Positions 37,089 through 46,625 of a stretch of DNA of 64,000 bases are shown here, in pieces. The notes under the pieces were generated by a model, which saw nothing but the letters and a program-made list of their open reading frames with translations, made no database searches and had not been told where the DNA came from. This DNA comes from Candidatus Dojkabacteria bacterium (GTDB taxonomy: Bacteria > Patescibacteriota > Dojkabacteria > SC72): contig JACPFP010000003.1 in the NCBI GenBank assembly GCA_016182915.1, positions 315,685-379,684 on the forward strand, read 5' to 3'. The position numbers were made by a program, and so were the translations under genes. Each line of letters begins with the position of its first letter. Positions within the stretch are counted from its first letter, which is position 1.

Positions 37089-38174
37089 GTGAAGATTAAA
37101 CAGATGTTTAAATATTTCTATTCCATACTCTTCTTTCTTCTGATGACAACATCGGCTTTAGCAAATAATGGAGATGCTATTTATAAGGGAAGAATAATGG
37201 ATATAAAGAAGAGTAACGTAATGGAGAACACTACGGACTACAAGGCCACTGTAAAGCTCCTAGACGGTCCTAAAAAGGGTGAAACAGTGGTTTTAAACCA
37301 AACAGTACTTATAGGAGAAACCGCTCTTAACTACAAGGTTGGAGACAAGGTCCTTTTAACCCAATCGAAAGATTTAGAAAATAAGGATACTTTCTACATT
37401 ACAGATTACTATAGATCTGACAGTCTACTTCTTCTTTTTGCACTATTTATAGTTGTAACAGTCTTTGTAGCAGGAAAACACGGCCTTATGGCAATAATTT
37501 CAATGGTTGTTTCATTCTTAATAATTTCGAAACTTACCCTCCCCCTTATTGTTTCAGGTAATAATGCAATATTTGTAACTACAATTACCGCCCTTCTTCT
37601 AATCCCAACGATATTCTATATTTCCCACGGCTTTACAAAGAAGGCCAATATTGCAATCGTCGGCGTACTTATCGCCATCCTCATTACCTCTCTTCTAACA
37701 ATGTACTTTGTAAATATTACATACATCACAGGGTTAACCGATGATGACACATTATTTCTCCAATTTTTCAGTGAGGGTAGTTTTGATTTAAGAAGTATAT
37801 ATATTGCAGGTGTAATAATCAGTTTAAGTGGAATTCTAGACGATGCTACCATCTCACAGGTATCAATAGTTGAGCAGTTGAAAAAGGCTGGAAAGAAACT
37901 TTCAGCATACGATCTGTATAAAAGAGCTATGGGAGTGGGGAAAGATCATATATCATCCATGATTAATACTCTTGTGCTTGTATACGCAGGTTCCTCTCTT
38001 CCATTACTGCTAATCTTTTTAAATACTCAGTATCCTCCAAGTCAATTAGTGAATCTTGAGGTTATCACTGAAGAGGTTGTAAGGACTTTGGTGGGAAGTA
38101 TTGGCTTAATACTAGCAATACCAATAACTACATACATTGCGGCTAGATACTATAGTGAAAAGGGAAAAGAATAG
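37089..38174 (+). CDS. Membrane protein with signal peptide, about 100 aa extracytoplasmic domain and about 8 TMs (possibly YibE/F-like)
   Basis: Hydropathy pattern only; family assignment tentative. Confidence 0.4.
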   Translation: MKIKQMFKYFYSILFFLLMTTSALANNGDAIYKGRIMDIKKSNVMENTTDYKATVKLLDGPKKGETVVLNQTVLIGETALNYKVGDKVLLTQSKDLENKDTFYITDYYRSDSLLLLFALFIVVTVFVAGKHGLMAIISMVVSFLIISKLTLPLIVSGNNAIFVTTITALLLIPTIFYISHGFTKKANIAIVGVLIAILITSLLTMYFVNITYITGLTDDDTLFLQFFSEGSFDLRSIYIAGVIISLSGILDDATISQVSIVEQLKKAGKKLSAYDLYKRAMGVGKDHISSMINTLVLVYAGSSLPLLLIFLNTQYPPSQLVNLEVITEEVVRTLVGSIGLILAIPITTYIAARYYSEKGKE

Positions 38175-38176
38175 GG

Positions 38177-38515
38177 TTATTCCCATTCAGGAAGCTCATA
38201 CTCAGAACAAAAATCAATAAAGCTGTCGTACTTGTCGCCAAAAGCCTCTTTTAGTTCGTCCCGTTCAGCTAGATACAATCTTTCATCACCGATGATTTCA
38301 ACGATACATGATACTAAGATGGTAATTTCACCTTTATGCCTTATCGGAAAACATCGTACACCTCCGTTATCTACCCAGGGCTTGATTACAAGGGAGGGTA
38401 AAACGTTAAGTTCCTCCTCATAGCGTAAATATAGCTCCCCATCTCGATCATGAAATGCACCCAAGAGCTCTTTACGAGATGTAGAAGCGTTGATTTTTGG
38501 TAATGGGATTGTCAT
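38177..38515 (-). CDS. Hypothetical protein
   Basis: 112 aa, acidic, no recognisable motif. Confidence 0.4.
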   Translation of the reverse strand: MTIPLPKINASTSRKELLGAFHDRDGELYLRYEEELNVLPSLVIKPWVDNGGVRCFPIRHKGEITILVSCIVEIIGDERLYLAERDELKEAFGDKYDSFIDFCSEYELPEWE

Positions 38516-38592
38516 ATGGAGATTATAATGGAAAAGAGAGGGTTATACAATGTATTGTGTAAGTGGAAACTTTTTCTTTATATCAATTAAAA

Positions 38593-38649
38593 GGGGCCCT
38601 GCATCTTACAGATAAATATTAAATAGATATCTATAAGAATCAGGGCCCC
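38593..38649 (-). terminator. Rho-independent terminator downstream of hup (9-bp GC-rich stem, unusually long loop, T-run on minus strand)
   Basis: GGGGCCCTG ... CAGGGCCCC inverted repeat followed on the minus strand by TTTTAAT; about 40 nt after hup stop. Confidence 0.5.
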
Positions 38650-38687
38650 AGTAATACTTCTCTTATACAGAGAAATACCGGCAGCTA

Positions 38688-38960
38688 TTACTTAACAGCC
38701 ATCTTAAGAGCTTTTCCAGCTTTGAAAGCAGGAACTTTAGAAGCAGGAAGATTAATCTTAGACAAAGTCTTAGGATTGATTCCTACTCTTGCTGCTCTGG
38801 TTCGAACTTCGAACTTACCGAAACCTGTGAGAAGAACAGAGTCCCCTTTCTTAAGAGCTCCAGTAACTGCATCGAGCATAGCATCTACAGCCATAGTTGC
38901 TTGCTTCTTTGTGAGACCAGCTGCAGCTGCAACTGAATCAACAACTTGTTGCTTTAACAT
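38688..38960 (-). CDS. hup: DNA-binding protein HU
   Basis: 90 aa; GFGKFEVRTRAARVGINPKT beta-arm with conserved R/P residues. Confidence 0.85.
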   Translation of the reverse strand: MLKQQVVDSVAAAAGLTKKQATMAVDAMLDAVTGALKKGDSVLLTGFGKFEVRTRAARVGINPKTLSKINLPASKVPAFKAGKALKMAVK

Positions 38961-39080
38961 ATGAGTATACCTCCTTTCTTAAAGAGTTAGAAAGCAAACT
39001 ATTCTTATATTAATAGTCATAGTTATGCTATCTAATCCTAAAATATTGGAATTAGAGATAAATGTCAATATTGTGTGTAA

Positions 39081-39872
39081 TTATAGGGTTTTGTTTATAC
39101 GTTTGATACTCTTTGCAGAGGTTGGTCCATCAATCTCAATAACCACAGCATCAAATCTAACCGGCCCCTCTTCTTCAATTTCATAACGTGGAGAGTATGG
39201 GTACATATTCTGTTGGAAAACAATCTCCTTTTTTACCCAGAGAGATGAATCAAGTGGTCCAACCATCCCGACATCTGTTATATATGCAGAATGGCTTGGT
39301 AATAGCCTTTCATCGGCAGTCGGGATATGGGTATGTGTACCTAAAACAGCACTTACTTTGCCATCAAAGTATAGACCAAATGAGACCTTTTCGGACGTAG
39401 ACTCAGCATGCATTTCGGTTAGAATTCCTGCGTAGTCATCAGGGTTTATCTGTTTCATGAGCTGTTCCATACGTCTAAACGGCTCGCTAATAGTGCGCTC
39501 ATTCATGAATCCGTAGCCTATAACAGTGATTACTAGAAGTTTACCTTTTTTACCTAAATCTATCTCTCCAAAACCCTTTCCAGGAAGGTCATCAGGGTAG
39601 TTAAGACCTCTAATTATTGGAAAATCTCCGGAAAGAAGGTCGTGGAAGTCTGGTCTTCGCCATATATGATTACCGGCAGTCATGAAATCCACACCATAGT
39701 ACATCAGTTCGTTTACTGTCTCAACTGTAGCTCCCCTACCATGCGCAGAGTTCTCGATGTTAGTTATAACTACATCAATCTTCTCCTTGGCTTTAATCTC
39801 TGGTAGCAGGTCTCTTACAGCCCTCCTACCAGGTTTTCCGCATACATCACCTATAAATAGTACTCTAATCAT
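39081..39872 (-). CDS. ymdB: YmdB-family metallophosphoesterase (2',3'-cyclic-nucleotide phosphodiesterase)
   Basis: MIRVLFIGDVCGKPGR N-terminus, GNHIW, GTHTHIPTAD metallophosphatase motifs; immediately downstream of rny as in Firmicutes. Confidence 0.8.
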   Translation of the reverse strand: MIRVLFIGDVCGKPGRRAVRDLLPEIKAKEKIDVVITNIENSAHGRGATVETVNELMYYGVDFMTAGNHIWRRPDFHDLLSGDFPIIRGLNYPDDLPGKGFGEIDLGKKGKLLVITVIGYGFMNERTISEPFRRMEQLMKQINPDDYAGILTEMHAESTSEKVSFGLYFDGKVSAVLGTHTHIPTADERLLPSHSAYITDVGMVGPLDSSLWVKKEIVFQQNMYPYSPRYEIEEEGPVRFDAVVIEIDGPTSAKSIKRINKTL

Positions 39873-39881
39873 AATCTACAA

Positions 39882-41402
39882 CTATCTAGCTACTTCAACA
39901 GCTCTGAACTCTCTGATTACAGAGACCTCCACATTACCTGGATAGTTCTGTGTTTTCTGAATATGTTCAGCAATTTTCTTTGCAAGAACTTTAATCTCAC
40001 TATCACTAGCAACATTTGGATTTACAATAACCCTGAGTTCTCTTCCAGCTCTAATTGCAAATACCTCCATAATCTTATCCCCAGCAATCTCTTTAGCGGC
40101 GTTTTCAATTCCTTCAATTCTCTTAACATACTGTTCGTAGCTGTCCTTTCTGGCACCAGGTCTTGCTCCTGAGATTGAGTCTGCTATATGAACAATCATT
40201 GCTTCAACTGACTGTGGTTCAATATCTAAGTGGTGTGCCTCAATTGCGTTTACTAGCTTATCATCTAATCCATACTTTCTAGCTACCTGTCCTGAAATAT
40301 GGTGGTGAGGAATATCAAGCTTATGACTTAATATTTTACCAACATCATGAAGAAGACACGCCTTCTTAACAAGATCAACATCCGCATTGAGCTCTGCAGC
40401 AAGTGCAGATCCAAGTCTAATAAGTTCAATGGTATGAGACATAAGGGTCTGTCCATAACTTGTTCTATACTTCATCTTTCCAATCAATTTGAGGAGACCT
40501 ATGTCAATTCCTGGCCAACCCGCTTCCTCAGCAAGAATCTGACCGTTCTTTTTAATCTCCTGAGCAATATCATTCTTAGCCTTTCTAATTGCTTCTTCAA
40601 TTGAGCCTGGGTGAATTCTTCCATCACCAACAAGTTTTGTTAGAGCAACCTTTGCAATCTCTCTTCTAAGAGGATCAAAGGATGAAAGTCCTATTGTTGT
40701 AGGGGAGTCGTCAACAATAACATCAACGCCGGTTGCCTTTTCAAAGGCCCTAATATTTCTTCCTTCTTTACCGATAATTCTTCCTTTCACCTTATCGTCT
40801 TCAATCTTAACAGAGGTTGTGGTAGTCTCACCCACATAATCGGTTTCAACCTTCTGCATTGCTTCTATAAGGAGTTCTTTTGCTTTTTCATCAGAGATTT
40901 CTTCAGCCTTCTTCTCAGCTTTTCTAATTAACTGAGCCTCATAGTCAGCCATATCAGCCTCTACTTCCTGCATCAGCTTCTTTTTGGCTTCCTCTCTCGT
41001 TAGGCTGGAAATGGCTTCTAACTCTGTTTTAAGCTTGGCTCTGGTATTCTCCAATCCTTTTTGCATATTCTTGATCTCCTGGGAACCTTTCTCTAGCTCC
41101 TCACTCTTTTCATCCAACATCTTTGCCCTTCCATTCAACTTCCTTTCTCTCTCAATCAAGAGTTCCTCTTGTGTCATCATTTCTTTTCTGACTTTCCTCA
41201 TTCTCTCTTCTGTCTCTCTTCTAGCACTCTCCACCTCTTCATTCACTTGGTTCATCTTCTCTGCAATCTTTTTATTTGCAGTTTCTAAAATAACTTCCTC
41301 AGGGATATTTTTAATTCCTACCCATTTCTTAACAAATCTAAGGTATGAGTATGTACCTCCTGTTGCAACAAGTGCAGCCACTAAAGCAATTACAGCTTCC
41401 AT
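39882..41402 (-). CDS. rny: Ribonuclease Y
   Basis: N-terminal TM, long coiled-coil, KH domain (GRIIGKEGRNIRAFEKATGV), HD domain (LLHDVGK). Confidence 0.85.
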   Translation of the reverse strand: MEAVIALVAALVATGGTYSYLRFVKKWVGIKNIPEEVILETANKKIAEKMNQVNEEVESARRETEERMRKVRKEMMTQEELLIERERKLNGRAKMLDEKSEELEKGSQEIKNMQKGLENTRAKLKTELEAISSLTREEAKKKLMQEVEADMADYEAQLIRKAEKKAEEISDEKAKELLIEAMQKVETDYVGETTTTSVKIEDDKVKGRIIGKEGRNIRAFEKATGVDVIVDDSPTTIGLSSFDPLRREIAKVALTKLVGDGRIHPGSIEEAIRKAKNDIAQEIKKNGQILAEEAGWPGIDIGLLKLIGKMKYRTSYGQTLMSHTIELIRLGSALAAELNADVDLVKKACLLHDVGKILSHKLDIPHHHISGQVARKYGLDDKLVNAIEAHHLDIEPQSVEAMIVHIADSISGARPGARKDSYEQYVKRIEGIENAAKEIAGDKIMEVFAIRAGRELRVIVNPNVASDSEIKVLAKKIAEHIQKTQNYPGNVEVSVIREFRAVEVAR

Positions 41403-41659
41403 AGTATTAACTACTAAATTAAACTAGTCTTGCTGAAGTATTTTGTTTGATATGAAAGGGTGTATATACGAGAAATAGCCAAGTATTATCTACTTAGGTT
41501 TCCCACTTGTTTTAGACTTTTATGTGAAATAAATCTAATCATATATATATTTAAATCTTCTTCGTTTATCAAAATTTTTAATACTTACAGCAAATATAAA
41601 TGTAATAATATATTTACACGACAATGATATCATTTAACGACGATTAGGGCAATAAAAAG

Positions 41660-42034
41660 TTACGCTATGAAACCGGCATACGAGTTCCCTTCTCCAATAA
41701 AGATATGTGTATTATCACCAGAATTGAGATCGAAAAGGGTTAAATGAATAAATTCATTATCTGTGGAAAATGGGTTAATTTCACCGTACGATTTAGTAGT
41801 TAGTACACCACCTTTAAACTCAAGAGCTTCATTTCCACCTGAGCAATACCTGTCAGGACCAGCGAGAAAGACACTACAGTACTGACCCACTTTAAAGCTC
41901 TTAATTACTTGATTAACAGTTTCACCTGAGAGAGATTCTGGCGGTAGAGTCATAATCCAATCTCCTTTTCGGTTAGCTTTAAAGTCGAATAACAAAGCTT
42001 CTACCTGAGTTTGAACTTCCAAAACACTTGGCAT
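41660..42034 (-). CDS. Small hypothetical protein, paralog family member A (GPD-R-Y motif family)
   Basis: 124 aa; FLAGPDRY ... GVL...GEI blocks shared with 43755-44099 product. Confidence 0.45.
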   Translation of the reverse strand: MPSVLEVQTQVEALLFDFKANRKGDWIMTLPPESLSGETVNQVIKSFKVGQYCSVFLAGPDRYCSGGNEALEFKGGVLTTKSYGEINPFSTDNEFIHLTLFDLNSGDNTHIFIGEGNSYAGFIA

Positions 42035-42055
42035 AACTAGTCAATTAAAAGTTAT

Positions 42056-42379
42056 TTAAGTAATTTCCCATCCCTTACCAGGAACGTACTCATTCAGAAA
42101 AAAGGTTACGACTCCTTCTTTAGTAGAGACTTCAACTGCAACAATCTCCTCCATATCACTAAACTTTTTAATGCTAAAACACTTTCCGTTTTCTGGTAAA
42201 AGCTCTCTGCCATTAACGGCTATTCCATTTAGTGTAGAAAACATTTCACCATGAATTGGTGATTCATTATTTTCATCTGGGAATTGGACTGATGTAGCAG
42301 TAAGAAGCTCTTCATTAAGTATTTCTTCAACACCTACTTCTAAAGATTTCTCTAACCTTAAATTCAAATCCTTGTTCAT
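42056..42379 (-). CDS. Small acidic hypothetical protein, paralog family member B
   Basis: 107 aa; NGIAVNGRELLPENGKCF block shared with 44153-44491 product (NIGPVDTRLYPKNGIFL). Confidence 0.45.
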   Translation of the reverse strand: MNKDLNLRLEKSLEVGVEEILNEELLTATSVQFPDENNESPIHGEMFSTLNGIAVNGRELLPENGKCFSIKKFSDMEEIVAVEVSTKEGVVTFFLNEYVPGKGWEIT

Positions 42380-42480
42380 CGCTATGTGACTCTATCTTAT
42401 AGGGTGTATTATACCGCTTTATTAATACTTATCACAAGACTACTATACATGACCTTTTATTGTTGCTATAACTATTAAAT

Positions 42481-43758
42481 ATGGTTGAACTAAATGAGAC
42501 AAAAGCAATTAATCAAGAGAGGAAAATAAATAGAAACTTCAGATTCTTTGGTCTTACAGTTTTCTTTTTCGGTATGTCTGATGGGATACTTAGTTACTTT
42601 GCCCCTAAAGTTGTGGTTGAAGCTGGATACTCAAATACACAGATGGGAATACTAATGGCCCTATCCTCCGTTTTCGGAGCCATTCTGGATATTGTACTCT
42701 CAAGAGTGCTCAGAAATACCCACTACTACAGACTATATTTTTATGCTCTACTACTCATGATCTCGTTCCCATTCCTCCTCCTTACGTCTTCCTACTACTT
42801 CCTCCTTCTCATCTCAATGGCGATTTGGGCATTATATTGCAACCTTAGTTCCTTTGGGTACTACGATTATATTGCTCGCGTAACGAAAAAGAGTGAGCAT
42901 GCCTCCTCATTTGGGTTTTTGGATATCTACAGTAGTATGGGATACGTAGTGGCTCCTCTAATTGCAGGAACAATTGCGATAACCTCACTTGGTATAAAGG
43001 GAGCGGTAATTCCGATATTTGTATCTATTATGGGCTTAATATTTCTTATCGCAACAAGATTTTCACAACCGCGTAAAGAAAAGAGTGTGTTTGAAGTTGA
43101 ACATAAGAATACAAGGAGTTTCTTGGAAGAGATGGTAATCTGGAAAAGGGTCATAGTAAGGATGTGGCCGATGTTAATACTCTTTCTGAGTCTCTGTATA
43201 ATGGAAGCTGTTTTTTGGACTATGGCACCAGTTATAGAACTAGTATCCGCAAATTTAAAGGGTTATGGTGGTATTATTCTTACAGCAGCAATTGTTCCTT
43301 CCCTCTTAATAAACTGGAGCGTTGGTCCACTCACAAAATTATTTGGAAAGAAGAATACTGCATATACAACCTTCCTGTTTAGTAATGTATTTCTTTTTAT
43401 AATTGGGTTTGTAAATAATCCTGGAGTAATTGTTCTTCTAATTTTCATTACATACATTCTTCAATCTATTACCTTTCCTGCCATGGGGGGAGCCATAGCA
43501 GACTATTTGAAAGAGTCACAATCATACGACAGGGAAATATTAAGTACTAAAGATTTCTTTGGGAATCTAGGATATATAATCGGACCAGCAATAACCGGAA
43601 TACTTATGGATAGGATTGGGGGATTAGGAGTATTTAGTTACATGGCGATAATGGGATTTATTATTTCTCTAATACTAATTTTCTTTGCACCGAGAAGGAT
43701 ACCTTTCTACGATAGGAATATTGAAGTGGAGGAGAACCTAAGTAAGTTGGAGATTTAA
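42481..43758 (+). CDS. MFS transporter
   Basis: 12 predicted TM helices, 425 aa, MFS-like loop between TM2-3. Confidence 0.7.
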   Translation: MVELNETKAINQERKINRNFRFFGLTVFFFGMSDGILSYFAPKVVVEAGYSNTQMGILMALSSVFGAILDIVLSRVLRNTHYYRLYFYALLLMISFPFLLLTSSYYFLLLISMAIWALYCNLSSFGYYDYIARVTKKSEHASSFGFLDIYSSMGYVVAPLIAGTIAITSLGIKGAVIPIFVSIMGLIFLIATRFSQPRKEKSVFEVEHKNTRSFLEEMVIWKRVIVRMWPMLILFLSLCIMEAVFWTMAPVIELVSANLKGYGGIILTAAIVPSLLINWSVGPLTKLFGKKNTAYTTFLFSNVFLFIIGFVNNPGVIVLLIFITYILQSITFPAMGGAIADYLKESQSYDREILSTKDFFGNLGYIIGPAITGILMDRIGGLGVFSYMAIMGFIISLILIFFAPRRIPFYDRNIEVEENLSKLEI

Positions 43759-44099
43759 TTAACTTCACGATAGAAGATTGCCTTATTTCCTTCTCTATCA
43801 CTGATGTAGTATCCGACAAGCATATTATTTCCTATACTGTTAAGCCTTTTAACTTCTAGCTCACCACCCAGAACAACTTCTCCTTCATTTAGTCTTAAAA
43901 CTCCATCTTCATATACAACTGAATCCATTAATTTCATACTACTATCAGGACCTGCAAGAACTTTATTAACAGTAAGCCCGTCTTCATATAATGAAACTAT
44001 ATCTGATGCTTTAAAAGATGAAGTTTCACCTTCTCTACAAACGAACATCATTAAAACATCTCCGTAAGAATATGTAACTCCCTTTTCAAATGTTGGCAT
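43755..44099 (-). CDS. Small hypothetical protein, paralog family member C
   Basis: 114 aa; VLAGPDSS ... GVL...GEV blocks shared with 41660-42034 product. Confidence 0.45.
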   Translation of the reverse strand: MPTFEKGVTYSYGDVLMMFVCREGETSSFKASDIVSLYEDGLTVNKVLAGPDSSMKLMDSVVYEDGVLRLNEGEVVLGGELEVKRLNSIGNNMLVGYYISDREGNKAIFYREVN

Positions 44100-44152
44100 A
44101 ATATATACTCCTAAATTATATTCCTTTCATATTACGCAATAGGCAACTAAGC

Positions 44153-44491
44153 TCAAGCAACAGTCTCGGTTGGAGCAGGAACTCCCACAAGAATCATATC
44201 ATTATCACCATGTACCCAGATTTCGCCATCCTTTTCTACAACTAAGAATATTCCATTTTTTGGATAAAGTCTTGTATCTACCGGTCCTATATTAAAATAG
44301 ATATTATCAGTGAAAGTAGGCTTAACTGTTTCAAGATGAGAATCGTCACTATATTCCATAAGTGGCCCAATGTAGAACTGCGCCATATTCTTCAATTTTC
44401 CAACAATTTCTCTACCGCTCTTTGCATTTGCCTCAACACGATATTGAGACTCAACTAAACTCATTTCTACACCTGAAGACATAACAGCCAT
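44153..44491 (-). CDS. Small hypothetical protein, paralog family member D
   Basis: 112 aa; IGPVDTRLYPKNG block shared with B and loosely with A/C. Confidence 0.45.
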   Translation of the reverse strand: MAVMSSGVEMSLVESQYRVEANAKSGREIVGKLKNMAQFYIGPLMEYSDDSHLETVKPTFTDNIYFNIGPVDTRLYPKNGIFLVVEKDGEIWVHGDNDMILVGVPAPTETVA

Positions 44492-44531
44492 AATAATAGG
44501 GTATTAAAATTTATATATCCTATAACAAGAA

Positions 44532-45560
44532 TTATACCTCAGACTGTAACTTCTCAACAAGCCTCTGATAGAAACGGAGATTATGTATTGTCGCAAGAAT
44601 CATTCCCGTAGCTTCTCCAACCCTAATCATATGATGAATATATGCTCTTGTATGATTGAGACATGCCTCACAATCACAAGTACTATCGATTGGTTTAATA
44701 TCTTTAGAATACTGAGAGTTTTTAAGCCTCAAGATATAATCGGCCTCATCGAAAGAATATAGTGTTCCATGCCTTGCATTCCTTGTTACCAAAACTGTAT
44801 CAAAAACTGTATAGCCAATCTCAGCCGAATCAACGATATCCTGCGGTTTACCTACTCCCATTGCATATTTGAATTTATCCTTTGGAGTATTCTCTAAAAC
44901 AACTTTCATCTCCTCTATAACCAGCTTCCCATTATCATCAATCACATACCCTCCGAAATTGTAACCATCAAAACCCATCTTAGAAAGTTCTTTTGCACAG
45001 TATTCTCTTAAGTCAAGAAAGTTTGCTCCCTGTACTACGGCAGATATTAACTTACCTTTCTCATAGCCTCCGAGTTTCTTGAAGTGGGCAAGAGATCGCT
45101 TCCCCCACTCTAGTGTTCTTTCAACCGATATCTCAGCTTCCCTTCTATCTACCTGCGCATCCCTGCAATCATCAAGGGCAACAAGAATATCAGTACCTAG
45201 TTTCATTTGAATCTCAACCGAAGACTCAGGGGTGAGGGTATATATCTTCCCTTCTCTTGGGGACTTAAAGGTTGCCCCGTTGCTATCAATCTTCCCTTCC
45301 CATTTCTTTGAATGGAGAAGTGAGAATACCTGGAAACCTCCAGAATCACTTAGCATATATCCCTCATTCCAATTCATAAACTTGTGAATACCACCAAGAT
45401 CAGCAATTGCATCTGCTCCTGGATGAATTAGAAGGTGAAGAGTGTTAACAACAATGTTCTTGGTTCCAGTATCTTTTAACTGGGTTGATGTTAGAAAACG
45501 CACAGCACCTCTAGTTGCATCTGGCATAAAGGTTATTTTCTTTCCAAAATCTTCTATCAT
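44532..45560 (-). CDS. tgt: Queuine tRNA-ribosyltransferase
   Basis: TIM-barrel TGT motifs, Zn site CDCEAC...H, LATIHNLRFYQRL. Confidence 0.85.
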   Translation of the reverse strand: MIEDFGKKITFMPDATRGAVRFLTSTQLKDTGTKNIVVNTLHLLIHPGADAIADLGGIHKFMNWNEGYMLSDSGGFQVFSLLHSKKWEGKIDSNGATFKSPREGKIYTLTPESSVEIQMKLGTDILVALDDCRDAQVDRREAEISVERTLEWGKRSLAHFKKLGGYEKGKLISAVVQGANFLDLREYCAKELSKMGFDGYNFGGYVIDDNGKLVIEEMKVVLENTPKDKFKYAMGVGKPQDIVDSAEIGYTVFDTVLVTRNARHGTLYSFDEADYILRLKNSQYSKDIKPIDSTCDCEACLNHTRAYIHHMIRVGEATGMILATIHNLRFYQRLVEKLQSEV

Positions 45561-46612
45561 ATTATCAACATACTATCTCCATAACTTAAAAAATTGTATT
45601 TATCCTTAATAGCTTCCGTATATGCTTCCACTATAAAGTCGTAACCTGTAAAGGAGGATATCATAACAACAAGACTACTTTTAGGAGCATGAAAGTTTGT
45701 AATCATATGATTTACAATCTTCCACTCGTACCCCGGATATATGTATATACTTGTTTCTCCTGTGTACTCCTTAACATAGTATTTGTCCCCAATCTTCTGA
45801 GCCACACTTTCAAGAACTCTTGCAGAGGTTGTGCCTAATGCCCAAACTCCATTACCACTCTTGATTGCCTCATTGATTATATCAGCACTCTCCTTACTAA
45901 CTTCAATATATTCAGAATGTATCTTATGGTCCTCAATATTTTCAGTACGAATAGGGGCAAAGGTTCCCCATCCAACATTCAACTTCACCTCTACAACCTT
46001 CACTCCCTTCTCTTTCAACCGCTTTAACATTTCAGGGATTATATTAAGGCCTGAGGTTGGAGCGGCAGAGGAACCTACATGTTTTGCAAACACTGTATTA
46101 TACCTAACATAATCCTCTTTATTGTCTTCTCTTTTTAAGTATGGGGGGAGCGGGACATGACCTTCATGTTTAAACATCTCATCAATCACTCCCTTCTTCG
46201 ATGATATGAGAAAAATACTATCTTCAATCTTTCCCTCTACCTTTATCTGGGTATTTGTAACTTCCGAAGTTATTATATCCCCTTCATTCATATACTTTGC
46301 CCTTCCTAATATGCACTCCCAGTATTCAACTGACTCATCTGTTCCTCTGAAAACTTTGTTTAGAAAGAGTCCTTCTATTCTCTTCCCGTTTCTAGGGTTA
46401 GTAAAATATACTCTCACTTTTTCAACCTTTGTACTGTTTAGAACAAGGACGTCCCCTTCATTAATGTACTCTACTATATCTACATACTTTTTATGTTCTA
46501 TTGTCTTTTTCTCTCTATCCAATACCATTAATCGAGTGCTACCCCTCTGTTTAGGAGGGAACTTAGCTATAAGGGGGTCGGGTAGGTTGTAGTCAAAATC
46601 TGTGAGTTTCAT
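45557..46612 (-). CDS. queA: S-adenosylmethionine:tRNA ribosyltransferase-isomerase
   Basis: Start set at internal ATG 46612 (MKLTDFDYNLPDPLIAKFP, canonical QueA N-terminus); ORF-track start 46714 would overlap upstream gene. Confidence 0.85.
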   Translation of the reverse strand: MKLTDFDYNLPDPLIAKFPPKQRGSTRLMVLDREKKTIEHKKYVDIVEYINEGDVLVLNSTKVEKVRVYFTNPRNGKRIEGLFLNKVFRGTDESVEYWECILGRAKYMNEGDIITSEVTNTQIKVEGKIEDSIFLISSKKGVIDEMFKHEGHVPLPPYLKREDNKEDYVRYNTVFAKHVGSSAAPTSGLNIIPEMLKRLKEKGVKVVEVKLNVGWGTFAPIRTENIEDHKIHSEYIEVSKESADIINEAIKSGNGVWALGTTSARVLESVAQKIGDKYYVKEYTGETSIYIYPGYEWKIVNHMITNFHAPKSSLVVMISSFTGYDFIVEAYTEAIKDKYNFLSYGDSMLII

Positions 46613-46625
46613 TGATGTGATTATA

